Shown: positions 47,220 through 56,697 of the stretch, piece after piece
Position numbering within the stretch: the first letter of the stretch is position 1
Layout: each line of letters opens with the position of its first letter
Position numbers and translations under genes: made by a program
The notes under the pieces: generated by a model
The model's database searches: none
The model's input: the letters and a program-made list of their open reading frames with translations, nothing else
What the model was told of the DNA's origin: nothing
Origin: Acidimicrobiia bacterium
GTDB taxonomy: Bacteria; Actinomycetota; Acidimicrobiia; Spongiisociales; ZC4RG35
DNA: 64,000 nucleotides
Direction of reading: 5' to 3'
Assembly (NCBI GenBank): GCA_036396655.1
Contig: DASWKK010000098.1
Span: 14,592 to 78,591, forward strand

Positions 47220-48125
47220 TCAGGATCGAAAACGGTCGAAGGGCTCGAGCTCTATGCCCTGGTCTTCTAACGACCGCTGCACCAATTCCGCGACCGGTGT
47301 CAGGTTGACCGGCTCGCTCTTCGCCCACGGATCGGAGCCGAGCCGTTGCTCGATCTCGGGAAGACGGATCTGGTCCGGAGCCACCGAGCCCAGCTCCTCC
47401 CACTCCAGCGGAACGGCCACTGGCGCACCGGGCCGAGGGCGAAGCGACCACGGAACCACGGTGGTGGAGCGGGGCGTGTTCCTCATCCAGTCGACGAACA
47501 CCCGGTCACCGCGGTCCGACTTGCGGAAAGCCAAGGTCAGCAGATCGTCGTGTGCGGCGGCCGCCAGAGCCGCGGTGCCCCGGGCGATCAGGCTGACCGT
47601 CTCGATTCCCAGCGAAGGCTGAATCTTCGCCCGGAGGTGATAGCCCTTGGACCCCGAGGTCATGAGCATGGTGGGAATCCGATACTGGTCGAGGAGCGAG
47701 CGCATCTCCTCGGCTGCGGTGCGGACCAGGTCGACCCGGTCGGGTGGCGGGTCCAGGTCCCATATCGCCCAATCGGGATGGGCCTCGTCGTCGACCTTGA
47801 CCGGTGGGACGTGAAAGGTGATCACCCCGAGGTTGGCGAAGAACGCGATGCCTTCGGCCGAGCTGACCACCGGGTAGACGGTGGTGCCTCCATCCTCCTT
47901 GGGCACCTGGTACCGGCCGATCAGATCCTCCGGGGCGTGATCGGGGACGTTCTTCTGCATGAAACCCTGGCCGCCGATTCCGCGGGGAAACCGCTCAACG
48001 CTCAGCGCGCGACCCTCGATGAAGGGCAGCATCCGATCGGCAGCCGATTGGTAGTAGGCGACCACTTCGCCTTTGGTGACTCCATCATCGGGGAACACCA
48101 CACGGTCAGCGTTGCTCACCTCCAT
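47220..48125 (-). CDS. stand-alone LigD-type polymerase/primase (Prim-Pol) domain protein
   Basis: SNADRVVFPDDGVTKGEVVAYY...LPFIEGRALSVERFPRGIGGQGFMQKN is typical of the LigD Pol domain. Confidence 0.85.
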   Translation of the reverse strand: MEVSNADRVVFPDDGVTKGEVVAYYQSAADRMLPFIEGRALSVERFPRGIGGQGFMQKNVPDHAPEDLIGRYQVPKEDGGTTVYPVVSSAEGIAFFANLGVITFHVPPVKVDDEAHPDWAIWDLDPPPDRVDLVRTAAEEMRSLLDQYRIPTMLMTSGSKGYHLRAKIQPSLGIETVSLIARGTAALAAAAHDDLLTLAFRKSDRGDRVFVDWMRNTPRSTTVVPWSLRPRPGAPVAVPLEWEELGSVAPDQIRLPEIEQRLGSDPWAKSEPVNLTPVAELVQRSLEDQGIELEPFDRFRS

Positions 48126-48131
48126 GACCCC

Positions 48132-48137
48132 AGCTTA
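48132..48137 (-). promoter_or_regulatory. -10-like TAAGCT, 6 nt before ATG 48125 (leaderless-type geometry)
   Basis: The minus strand reads TAAGCTggggtcATG, with no SD. Confidence 0.3.
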
Positions 48138-48151
48138 TGGATGCCAGCCCC

Positions 48152-48230
48152 GTTTCTCCCCCGTTTCTCCCCCCAGCGAACGAAGTGAGCTATCTCTCCC
48201 CCCAGCGAACGAAGTGAGCGTTGGGGGGAG
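48152..48230. repeat. nested tandem repeats: 11-mer x2 (48152-48173) and an exact 25-mer x2 with a 29-nt period (48166-48190 and 48195-48219), plus a 9-bp hairpin
   Basis: GTTTCTCCCCC x2. TCTCCCCCCAGCGAACGAAGTGAGC x2. CTCCCCCCA (48196-48204) pairs with TGGGGGGAG (48222-48230). Confidence 0.85.
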
Positions 48231-48268
48231 TACCCCGGTGAGGGGACGGTCGCCACCCGCTGGTGGCC

Positions 48269-49297
48269 TCAGGTCAACCGCTTGCGGGCCTCGGTCTCCT
48301 CATCCACGATCTTGCCAGTCGGCTTGAACCCGTTGCGAAGATAGAACGGTCGCGGCGAGCCCTTGCCTTCGGTCCAACTGGTGAGCAAGGTCTCATCTCC
48401 CATCCGAAGGCACTCCTCGGCGATCAGTCCGAGAACTCGCCCCCCTATCCCCCGTCGCTGATGGAGACGATCTATCAAGAGTCGCCAAAGGTAGGGCTCC
48501 GCGTGATGGTCGGTTCTCAGGGCGAGCATCACGAAGCCAACCACTTCCCCGTCGGCGGACACCCCGCGCATCCAGGGCACCAGCGGAGCGCCGTCGACCA
48601 CCTCGGGGAAGAGTGCATCGGCATATGAGCCGGCCATCGGAGCCACAAACGCTTCCTGCGTCTTGTGGGTCCGCAGCTTGTACACCACCCGCTCGTTGCC
48701 GACGGTGACGTCGAACAGGCTCACTTCATCCGGGGGCCGGAGAGGTCGGTCCACCCAGGCCTGCCAGTCGGGTCGGGTCATACCGTAGATCCAGTCGTCG
48801 GAGACCTCGTCTCCCACCCAAAAGGACGACCTGGTGTGCCCTTCGAACAGCATCCCGCTCCGCTCCAACACCATGGCCGAGGCGATGTTGTCCGGGTGGA
48901 GCATGCCGAAGACACGTGTCACCCCCAGCCCGGCGAACAGATACTCGATCAGGGCGCCCAGCGCCTCGGTGGCATAGCCATTCCCCCAGAACTCCCTGGC
49001 CAGCGTGTACCCCACTTCAGCCGTGCGAGCCTGCCATGTGAGATGGAGGGCCAGATCGCCGTACACCTGACCGCTGTCGCCGTCGGCGACCACCGCCATC
49101 CACCATTGGTCGTCGGTGGGGCCCTCCATGGCGACCAACTCGGACACCACCTCCTCCGCCCTTTTCAGCGGGTAGGGAAGCTCCCAGTTCTGAAGCCGGG
49201 CCACCTCCGGGTCGTTGCGTCGCGCGGCCAAGCCGTCGGCGTCGGCCGTGGTGAAAGGGCGAATGATTAGCCTCTCGGTGCGGATCGGGGCGAACAT
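48269..49297 (-). CDS. tandem GNAT-domain N-acetyltransferase
   Basis: RimJ/RimL-like N-terminal domain (TERLIIRPFT). A second GNAT domain with LHQRRGIGGRVL. Confidence 0.85.
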   Translation of the reverse strand: MFAPIRTERLIIRPFTTADADGLAARRNDPEVARLQNWELPYPLKRAEEVVSELVAMEGPTDDQWWMAVVADGDSGQVYGDLALHLTWQARTAEVGYTLAREFWGNGYATEALGALIEYLFAGLGVTRVFGMLHPDNIASAMVLERSGMLFEGHTRSSFWVGDEVSDDWIYGMTRPDWQAWVDRPLRPPDEVSLFDVTVGNERVVYKLRTHKTQEAFVAPMAGSYADALFPEVVDGAPLVPWMRGVSADGEVVGFVMLALRTDHHAEPYLWRLLIDRLHQRRGIGGRVLGLIAEECLRMGDETLLTSWTEGKGSPRPFYLRNGFKPTGKIVDEETEARKRLT

Positions 49298-49394
49298 CCA
49301 CCCGATTCAACCAGCGGATGAGGCCGAAAACGTCCGCTATTTTCGCCGGACCAACTGGTCATGGGCAGCGGGTCGTCCACCTAGGGTTAATCCC

Positions 49395-50372
49395 ATGCGG
49401 GCATTCGCCGCCGCGACGCTGTTCATGGCCACCACCGCCTGTGTCACCGTGATGGTCGACGATTCGTCCTCGACCACCACTCCCGACTCTCCGACAACCA
49501 CCACGGCTCCGACGGGGTGGGTCGAGGTAGCACCGATGAGGGTCGCTCGCAGCGAGCATCCCGGAGTCGTTCTGGACGGTGAGGTGGTCGTGATTGGGGG
49601 TTTCATCGAAGAGGGAGTGGGACGGATCGGGGTGACCGACACCGTCGAGGCCTACTCCCCCGACACCGACACCTGGCGCGACCTGCCCAACCTCCCCGAG
49701 CCGATACATCACGGGATGGCAGCCGTGTTCGCCGAACGTCTCTTTGCCTTGGGCGGATACTCGTCGGGAGGAGACCCGGTCGACTCCATGTGGGAATTGG
49801 TCGGCGACGCCTGGATCGACCGTCCTCCGCTGCCAGGTGCGGTCGGCGCCGGAGCAGCGGTGGTCGTGGACGATTGGGTCTACGTGGTGGGCGGGAGCCC
49901 CGACGGTGGCTTCTACCGCTACCACCCGGAGAGCAATGCCTGGGCCGAGCTGCCCGGGCCGGCCGTGCAGAGAGAGCATCTGACGGCGGCTTCTCGGGAC
50001 GGCGAGGTGTGGGCGATCGCCGGTCGGTGGCAGGGCGAGATCTTCGACACCATCGAGATCTACAACTCCGAGTCTCAAACCTGGCGCTCGGGGCCGAACC
50101 TGAATGAAGCCCGCTCCGGGTTCGGAGCCGTGGCCATCGGCGAACGGATAGTCGTGGCGGGAGGCGAGCTGTTCTCGCCGGAAGCAGCGCTCACCTCCGT
50201 GGAAATGCTCGACGCCGACGGCGCTGCATGGGTGCTCATCGATCCGCTGCCCCACGGGCTGCACGGCAACCCGCTGGTCGGATTGGGTTCGGATCTGCTG
50301 CTGCCGGGCGGTTCGACCAGGGCCAGGGATGTGATCAACGACGGTCGCACCTACCGGCTGACCGGGGAGTGA
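49395..50372 (+). CDS. Kelch-repeat lipoprotein
   Basis: Lipobox LFMATTAC, a Ser/Thr/Pro linker, and repeated Kelch-like blades (VVIGG, LFALGG, VYVVGG, VWAIAG, IVVAGG). Confidence 0.8.
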   Translation: MRAFAAATLFMATTACVTVMVDDSSSTTTPDSPTTTTAPTGWVEVAPMRVARSEHPGVVLDGEVVVIGGFIEEGVGRIGVTDTVEAYSPDTDTWRDLPNLPEPIHHGMAAVFAERLFALGGYSSGGDPVDSMWELVGDAWIDRPPLPGAVGAGAAVVVDDWVYVVGGSPDGGFYRYHPESNAWAELPGPAVQREHLTAASRDGEVWAIAGRWQGEIFDTIEIYNSESQTWRSGPNLNEARSGFGAVAIGERIVVAGGELFSPEAALTSVEMLDADGAAWVLIDPLPHGLHGNPLVGLGSDLLLPGGSTRARDVINDGRTYRLTGE

Positions 50373-50430
50373 GCCCAGCGGCCAACTCCTAGTCGCCAAT
50401 CTCCCAAAGGATGACTGTTAGCGTGACGAT

Positions 50431-53400
50431 GTGGATTCGGGCGCACAGCCGAGCCCGTCCTCGTTGCGCGAGGAAGTCCTCGAGCGAATAGGCGAAACTT
50501 CGGAGCCGCTGGCCGCGTTGGCCCGCGCCTACCTTCATCGCATTCCCTGGGACGTGGCCCTCTCTCCCGACCTCGCATATCGAGAGGTAGTGGGACTGTT
50601 CGACTTCATCGAGAACCGCGTCGGCCCCGTTGCAGTGCGGGTTTTCAATCCCAGTGTCGCCATCCACGGCTATGAATCATCGGGCACGGTCGTCGAGATC
50701 CATGTCGACGACGGGCCCTTCCTGGTGGATTCGGTCACCGGCGAGCTTCATGCCCACGGGCTGGCGGTGGTGCGGGTGCTCCACCCTGTCATTGGGACAG
50801 TCCGGGACGCATCAGGTGCCCTGGTTTCGATTCAACCTGCCCGGGATGCAGCAACGAGAGAGTCGGTCCAGCACTACCTGCTCGACCGCACCCTCGACCC
50901 AGCCGACCATCTTTCCCTCGCGACACGTCTGGAGACCGTGCTCGGCGACGTGTTGCTCGCCGTACGTGACTTCCCGGCGATGATCGACGCCACCACTCGA
51001 ATGGCCGAGATGGCCCGGGCCGGTCGAGCCCACTATCCGGATATCGACGTCGAAGAGGCGGTGGCCTTTCTCGATTGGCTAGGCGACGAGAACTTCGTGT
51101 TTCTCGGCTACCGCGAGTACCGGATACTGACTCGACCCGACGGTCCGGTCGTGGAAACGGTCGCGGACTCGGGTCTCGGCATCCTCTCCGATCCCGCACA
51201 CTCCAGATCCTCCGAGCCAATCCCTCTTTCTTCGATGCCGCCGGAGCTTCGGCAGCGATACGAAGAGGGTGATCTGCTCACCATCACCAAGACCAATCGC
51301 CTCTCGACCGTGCATCGTCGGGCCAGGATGAACTACGTCGGGGTCCGGCTGGTTGGCCCCGAAGGTGAGACGGTGGGAGAAGCCCGGCTGCTAGGTCTGT
51401 TCACGTCCAAGGCCTATATGGAAAGCGTCTCGCGCATCCCCATTCTCCGCCACAAACTTGCCGAGATCATCTCCACAGGAGACCTCATCGAAGGCTCGCA
51501 TGATCACAAGGCCATCACAGCCTTACTCGAGAGCTTCCCCAAGGACGAGTTGTTCGGACTGCCGACTGAAGATCTCAGCAGTCTCCTGATGGGCTTGCTG
51601 GCCCTCGAAGAGCGGGCCAAGGTCCGGCTGTTCGTCCGGCGCGAGCTTCTCGACCGTGGGGTGCGGGTCCTGGTGGCGATGCCCCGGGAGCGCTACTCGG
51701 CGGAGCTCGCCGAGCGACTCCAGGATCTCTTCCTCGAACGTTTCGGAGGCTCCACGGTTGACCACCATCTCACCCTGGGCAAGAGCGACATAGCCCGACT
51801 CCATTTCGTGGTGTGGAATGCCAAGGGCAACATCCCCGACCCGGCATTCGAGGAGCTCGAAGCCGAGGTGATGGCACTCACCCGCTCCTGGGCTGAGCAT
51901 GTAGCAGGACAGTTGGATCTGCGGCACGATCCGGACGAAGCCAAGGCCATGGTTGGCCGCTGGGCGGCGCGGATGCCCGACTACTACAAGGCCTCGACTC
52001 CGCTGACCGTCGCCGCCGGAGACTTCGAGCGACTCGACGAGTTGATGGCAAGTGGGGCCCGATCTCTGGTTGGCCTTCAAAACGAAGATGCTGGACCCGA
52101 CATCCTGACCAGGGTCACCTTGTACGAGGTCCGCGGCAAGCGGCCGCTATCGGAGTTGACACCCGCCTTGGAGGACATGGGGATGCAGGTGGTCGAGGAG
52201 GTGTTCACCCGGCTGTCCGGCGATGAGAACTTGTTCATCCACGACTTCGGGGTCCTCGACGCCCAAGGGGAGCTGATCGACATCGAAACCGCCGGGGAGC
52301 GGATCGCACGCTGTCTGGAGGCGGTGTGGGCCGATCAAGCGGAAAGCGACTCCTTGAACCGGTTGGTGATGGTGGCCGGTCTCGATCACCATCAGGTAGG
52401 CATCCTGCGCGCCTACCACACCTACTGGCGGAGGGTCAGCTCCATCTTCACTGTGAACTACGTCAATGCCGCTCTGGTTGCGCATCCTGAGATAGCCGCC
52501 CGCCTGATCCGACTATTCGAGCTGAGATTCGATCCGGCCTTGGAGGGAGACGGACACGAGCAGCAGCGTATCGAGGTGCTCGAACGTCTCGACGCGGTTC
52601 CCTCACTCGACGAGGATCGCATCCTCAGGGGGTTCTTCCGCATGATCGAAGCCACCCTCCGAACCAACGCCTATCAACAGGACCGAGGGGCGCTGGCCAT
52701 CAAGCTGCGCTCAGCCGACATACCCGACATGCCCTCACCCAAGCCTTATGTCGAGGTGTTCGTGATCGGCGACGATGTGGAGGGAATCCATCTCCGCGCC
52801 GGTCCCCGGGCACGGGGAGGAATTCGGTGGTCAGAGCGGCGGGAGGACTACCGCACCGAGGTAGTTGGGTTGATGAAGGCGCAGATAACCAAGAACGCGA
52901 TCATCGTCCCCACCGGAGCCAAGGGCGGCTTCGTCCTGCGTCACACCCCCGAACCAGGAGCGATGAACGAAGCGGTGCGCTCCGCTTACGAGGTCTTCAT
53001 CAGGGGGCTCCTCGACATAACCGACAATCTGGTCGAAGGCGAGATCGTTCATCCCCGGAGTGTCCGGGTGCACGACGGCCCTGACCCCTATCTGGTGGTG
53101 GCCGCAGACAAGGGGACCGCCCGGTTCTCCGATCTCGCCAACCTGATCGCCGACGAATACGGGTTCTGGCTTGACGACGCTTTTGCCTCCGGCAGCGCCA
53201 CCGGGTACGACCACAAGGGTCTTGGCATCACCGCCCGGGGTGCTTGGAAGTCATTGGAGCGTCACTTTCTCACAGAGGGAATCGACCCTCACCGACACAA
53301 TTTCACCGCGGTGGGGATCGGCGACATGTCGGGTGATGTCTTCGGGAATGGCATGCTGGGCTCCGAGACCATCATGTTGGTGGCTGCGTTCGACCATCGC

Positions 53401-55188
53401 CATGTCTTCGTGGACCCCGACCCGGAGCCGGCGACCTCGTTTCAAGAGCGGAAGCGGATCTTCGATCTCCCGTCATCGAGCTGGGACGACTACGACCGGA
53501 GCCTCATCTCCGAAGGGGGAGGTGTGTTCGCCCGGTCGCTGAAGCAGATCAACCTGTCCGAGCCGGCGCGGATGGCGTTGGGCACCGAAGCCGGCGCCGT
53601 CACCCCGGCGGAGCTGATCCGGATCGTATTGAAGGCGCCGGTGGATCTGTTGTGGAACGGTGGAGTTGGCACGTACGTCAAGGCCACCGAGGAGACCCAC
53701 GAGCAGGTCGGGGACCGGAGTAATGACTCGGTTCGGGTCGACGGATCGGAAGTTCGCGCTCGGGTGGTAGTGGAAGGAGGGAACCTTGGCCTCACCCAGC
53801 GAGGTCGGGTGGAGTATTGCCAGACAGGAGGACGGATCAACACCGATTTCATCGACAACTCCGGTGGGGTCAACTGCTCGGATCGTGAGGTGAACCTGAA
53901 AATCCTCCTCCGTCTCGCCGAGCAGAGAGGTGAGATCGGGCGCAACGAGGCCGAGAAGTTGCGGGAGCGAGGCGCGGACAGCGTGGTGGAGGCGGTGCTG
54001 CTCGACAGCCTCGAGCAAACCCAACTCCTGGCGCGGGCGGAGCGCGCCTCGGCCGACTCAATGGATGCTTACGAACAGCTCATGGTGTCGCTCGAGCACG
54101 AAGGGATGCTGGTCCGTGACCTGGAATGGCTGCCCTCCACCCAGGGAATGACGGAACGGGCCCGGGCCGGCACCGGCCTCAGCGCACCGGAGTTGGCGGT
54201 GCTGGTGGCGTATGCCAAACGGAGTGTGGCCGATCAGGTGCTGGCATCTGATCTCCCCGACTCGCGCTCCATGCTCTCTGACCTGGCCAGCTACTTCCCC
54301 AACGAGATCAGCGAACGCTTCGGCGATCTGATCTGGGACCATCCGCTTCGTCGTGAGCTGATCTCGACCATCGTCGCCAAGGATGTGGTCGACTCCCAGG
54401 GCCCAACGTTCGTGCTCCGTCTGGTTCTGCGCAGCGGGGCAGCCCCCGCCGCAGTGGTCGCTGCCTATCGGGCCGCGCGCGATCTCGTGGGCGGCACAAT
54501 GCGACGACGGGAAATCGAGCAGTTGTTCGGCTCGGTCGATCATCGAGTGTGGAACGAGATGATGGACGCCAACGAGAGACTGGTCGGGGCGTTGACCCGC
54601 TGGCATCTCGGTCGCCTCCCCGGGAAACCTCTCGACGGCGTCGCCGATCTCGAGCACGAGATGGAGGAGTGGGGCTCGCCAGAGTGGCGTCAGGAGAGAG
54701 ACCAGCGAATCCAAGGTTTCGAAGCAGCCGGTGTCCCGACGGCCGTGGCCCGTCAGACGGTCTCCGCTTCCGACTTGTTGCATGGGCCCAACATCATCGA
54801 GGTTGCTCGCGCGTCCGGTCGCCCCCAGATCGATGTGGGCCGTGTTTTCCACCGAATCGGTCGTGTGCTCGGTCTCGACGACCTGGAGAAGGCGCTTTAC
54901 GAATTGCGGTCGGCAGACCCCTGGCAACGGTGGGCGCTCGAGACGATCGAGGACGACGCTCTGGCGGTCCGTCGCTCACTGGCGGAGCGAGTCCTAGGGG
55001 ACACCGGGCTGCCACCGGCCGACGAAGCCCTGGAACGGTTCCTTGCCGAGCGAGCCGACGCCGTAGCCAGGGTGGTCGAGCTGGTCCAATCCCTGGAGGC
55101 CGGAACCATCGGGGACACAGCTCCGCTGCTGGTGGTCATTCGTCAGATCCAGGCCCTGGCGAGCGACCATGACCGGACTGCAGAGTGA
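50431..55188 (+). CDS. large NAD-specific glutamate dehydrogenase (180-kDa class)
   Basis: 1585 aa. Catalytic block RGGIRWSERREDYRTEVVGLMKAQITKNAIIVPTGAKGGFV. Confidence 0.95.
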   Translation: MDSGAQPSPSSLREEVLERIGETSEPLAALARAYLHRIPWDVALSPDLAYREVVGLFDFIENRVGPVAVRVFNPSVAIHGYESSGTVVEIHVDDGPFLVDSVTGELHAHGLAVVRVLHPVIGTVRDASGALVSIQPARDAATRESVQHYLLDRTLDPADHLSLATRLETVLGDVLLAVRDFPAMIDATTRMAEMARAGRAHYPDIDVEEAVAFLDWLGDENFVFLGYREYRILTRPDGPVVETVADSGLGILSDPAHSRSSEPIPLSSMPPELRQRYEEGDLLTITKTNRLSTVHRRARMNYVGVRLVGPEGETVGEARLLGLFTSKAYMESVSRIPILRHKLAEIISTGDLIEGSHDHKAITALLESFPKDELFGLPTEDLSSLLMGLLALEERAKVRLFVRRELLDRGVRVLVAMPRERYSAELAERLQDLFLERFGGSTVDHHLTLGKSDIARLHFVVWNAKGNIPDPAFEELEAEVMALTRSWAEHVAGQLDLRHDPDEAKAMVGRWAARMPDYYKASTPLTVAAGDFERLDELMASGARSLVGLQNEDAGPDILTRVTLYEVRGKRPLSELTPALEDMGMQVVEEVFTRLSGDENLFIHDFGVLDAQGELIDIETAGERIARCLEAVWADQAESDSLNRLVMVAGLDHHQVGILRAYHTYWRRVSSIFTVNYVNAALVAHPEIAARLIRLFELRFDPALEGDGHEQQRIEVLERLDAVPSLDEDRILRGFFRMIEATLRTNAYQQDRGALAIKLRSADIPDMPSPKPYVEVFVIGDDVEGIHLRAGPRARGGIRWSERREDYRTEVVGLMKAQITKNAIIVPTGAKGGFVLRHTPEPGAMNEAVRSAYEVFIRGLLDITDNLVEGEIVHPRSVRVHDGPDPYLVVAADKGTARFSDLANLIADEYGFWLDDAFASGSATGYDHKGLGITARGAWKSLERHFLTEGIDPHRHNFTAVGIGDMSGDVFGNGMLGSETIMLVAAFDHRHVFVDPDPEPATSFQERKRIFDLPSSSWDDYDRSLISEGGGVFARSLKQINLSEPARMALGTEAGAVTPAELIRIVLKAPVDLLWNGGVGTYVKATEETHEQVGDRSNDSVRVDGSEVRARVVVEGGNLGLTQRGRVEYCQTGGRINTDFIDNSGGVNCSDREVNLKILLRLAEQRGEIGRNEAEKLRERGADSVVEAVLLDSLEQTQLLARAERASADSMDAYEQLMVSLEHEGMLVRDLEWLPSTQGMTERARAGTGLSAPELAVLVAYAKRSVADQVLASDLPDSRSMLSDLASYFPNEISERFGDLIWDHPLRRELISTIVAKDVVDSQGPTFVLRLVLRSGAAPAAVVAAYRAARDLVGGTMRRREIEQLFGSVDHRVWNEMMDANERLVGALTRWHLGRLPGKPLDGVADLEHEMEEWGSPEWRQERDQRIQGFEAAGVPTAVARQTVSASDLLHGPNIIEVARASGRPQIDVGRVFHRIGRVLGLDDLEKALYELRSADPWQRWALETIEDDALAVRRSLAERVLGDTGLPPADEALERFLAERADAVARVVELVQSLEAGTIGDTAPLLVVIRQIQALASDHDRTAE

Positions 55189-55238
55189 TCGAGCCCCGGA
55201 CCGGCATCGCTCTCTCAGCCCCTGGTCGCTGAGGCGCT

Positions 55239-56519
55239 TCAGTGCCGGGCGGCGGGCAGGGCCAGGCGGAAGTAGCCGAGATCGCCTTGGCGCCGGTAGT
55301 CGAGACTGCCTCGCATCAGTAGGGCCAGCTGGCGGGAGATGGCAAGACCGATCCCAACCGATCCGGGCAAGCCGGGATTGTCAGCTATCCGGTAGTAGGG
55401 CTCGAAGATCCTCTCCCTTTCGATGTTGGCCAAGACCGGGCCATCGTCGGCAACGTCCACATACACCCGGCCGTCGTCGCTGGTGACGCGAACGGTCACG
55501 GTCGAGCCGCCGTAGCGCTCGGCGTTGGTGAGCAGGTTGCGTAGGATCTGTCGGATTCGCGTCGGGTCGCCGATCGCCCAAATCGGGTCGGCTTCGGACT
55601 CGACGGTGACGTCCGCGGTGAACGAGCCTCCGGCTTGCAACGTCTTGACAAGCTGAGCGGCGACGTCGAAGCGAATGTTGGCGACTTCGAGCTGACCCAT
55701 ATCGGCCCTCGCCGCGACCAACAAGTCCTCCACGAGGTCGGCGACTTCCTGGGAGTACTGGACAATCGACGAGATCATCAATGCGCGGTCGTCGTCATTC
55801 AGAGTCCGGTCATCCTCGATGATGCGAGCGAACCCCAGAATCGCAGTCAGAGGTGTCCGGATCTCGTGACTGACCGAGGCAAGAAACCGGTTCTTGGCCT
55901 CCATCAGCTCCTGCATGCGGCGCTCCTCGTTCCGGTGACCGGTCACATCGAAGACGGTGAACACGACTCGCGAGAAGTCGGGCTCACCATCGATCAGTGG
56001 TGCCGACAAGATCGACTCGGCGTCGTAGATCTTCCCGTTGGCCGTCGCTGCGGTGTATGAAGAATGGGCTTCGGGCTCTCGATTCCAGACGGCATCGAGC
56101 TGATTGAGCCATCCGCCCTCGGAGCCCTCGTTGACGATCCGGGGGTCGATTGGTCCGATCAACGACTCCAAAGGCAATCCGACCGCGATCACCGCTGCCG
56201 GATTGGCAGCCACGATTCTGATCATCGGGACGATTTCCCGGATCGCTTCGATGTCGTCGCCCAAGTGCTCCCTCAGACTGGTCACTCCTTGGTCCCGGAG
56301 ACCTCCCATCCAGTCTTCGAGCGCCGAGTAATCCTGTTCCATGATGGGCACAGGCGAGATGCGGAAGAGATTCTCGAAGCTCGACCAGCCTCGCATTGCG
56401 TCGATCGATTCGAGGCCGGCCTCATCCCATTTCAGATAACGCTGATTTACCGCCTCGACGAGACGGTCCCACGATGCTTGATCGGGTGATCCGTCGTCGG
56501 TGAGAGTGAGACTGGCCAT
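55239..56519 (-). CDS. cytoplasmic sensor histidine kinase (PAS-like N-terminus)
   Basis: H-box SHEIRTPLTAILGF, N-box LLTNAERYG, G-box GSVGIGLAISRQLA. No TM helices and no adjacent response regulator. Confidence 0.85.
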   Translation of the reverse strand: MASLTLTDDGSPDQASWDRLVEAVNQRYLKWDEAGLESIDAMRGWSSFENLFRISPVPIMEQDYSALEDWMGGLRDQGVTSLREHLGDDIEAIREIVPMIRIVAANPAAVIAVGLPLESLIGPIDPRIVNEGSEGGWLNQLDAVWNREPEAHSSYTAATANGKIYDAESILSAPLIDGEPDFSRVVFTVFDVTGHRNEERRMQELMEAKNRFLASVSHEIRTPLTAILGFARIIEDDRTLNDDDRALMISSIVQYSQEVADLVEDLLVAARADMGQLEVANIRFDVAAQLVKTLQAGGSFTADVTVESEADPIWAIGDPTRIRQILRNLLTNAERYGGSTVTVRVTSDDGRVYVDVADDGPVLANIERERIFEPYYRIADNPGLPGSVGIGLAISRQLALLMRGSLDYRRQGDLGYFRLALPAARH

Positions 56520-56697
56520 CTCGGCCTCGAGTCGGGGATGGAGCCTCTTCTGTCTCGAGCTCACTTTCACTCGAAAGGGACCGGCAACAGGGGCGGCTGT
56601 GCAGATGGAGGCATGACCTGGTATCGGCAGAAACGGCTCTCTTGTTGAGTGGGGCAGCCCGGCCCCTCTTCCTGTCACAGGAAGGAAGGCAATCGCC

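Noticed and set aside
48174-48214. The GCGAACGAAG motif as a LexA SOS box
   Set aside because: Only a GAAC half-site is present. The partner GTTC at the required 4-nt spacing (TCGAAC-N4-GTTCGA) is missing in all three copies.
48166-48219. CRISPR-like repeat
   Set aside because: There are only two repeat units, separated by 4 nt. There are no spacers and no cas genes.
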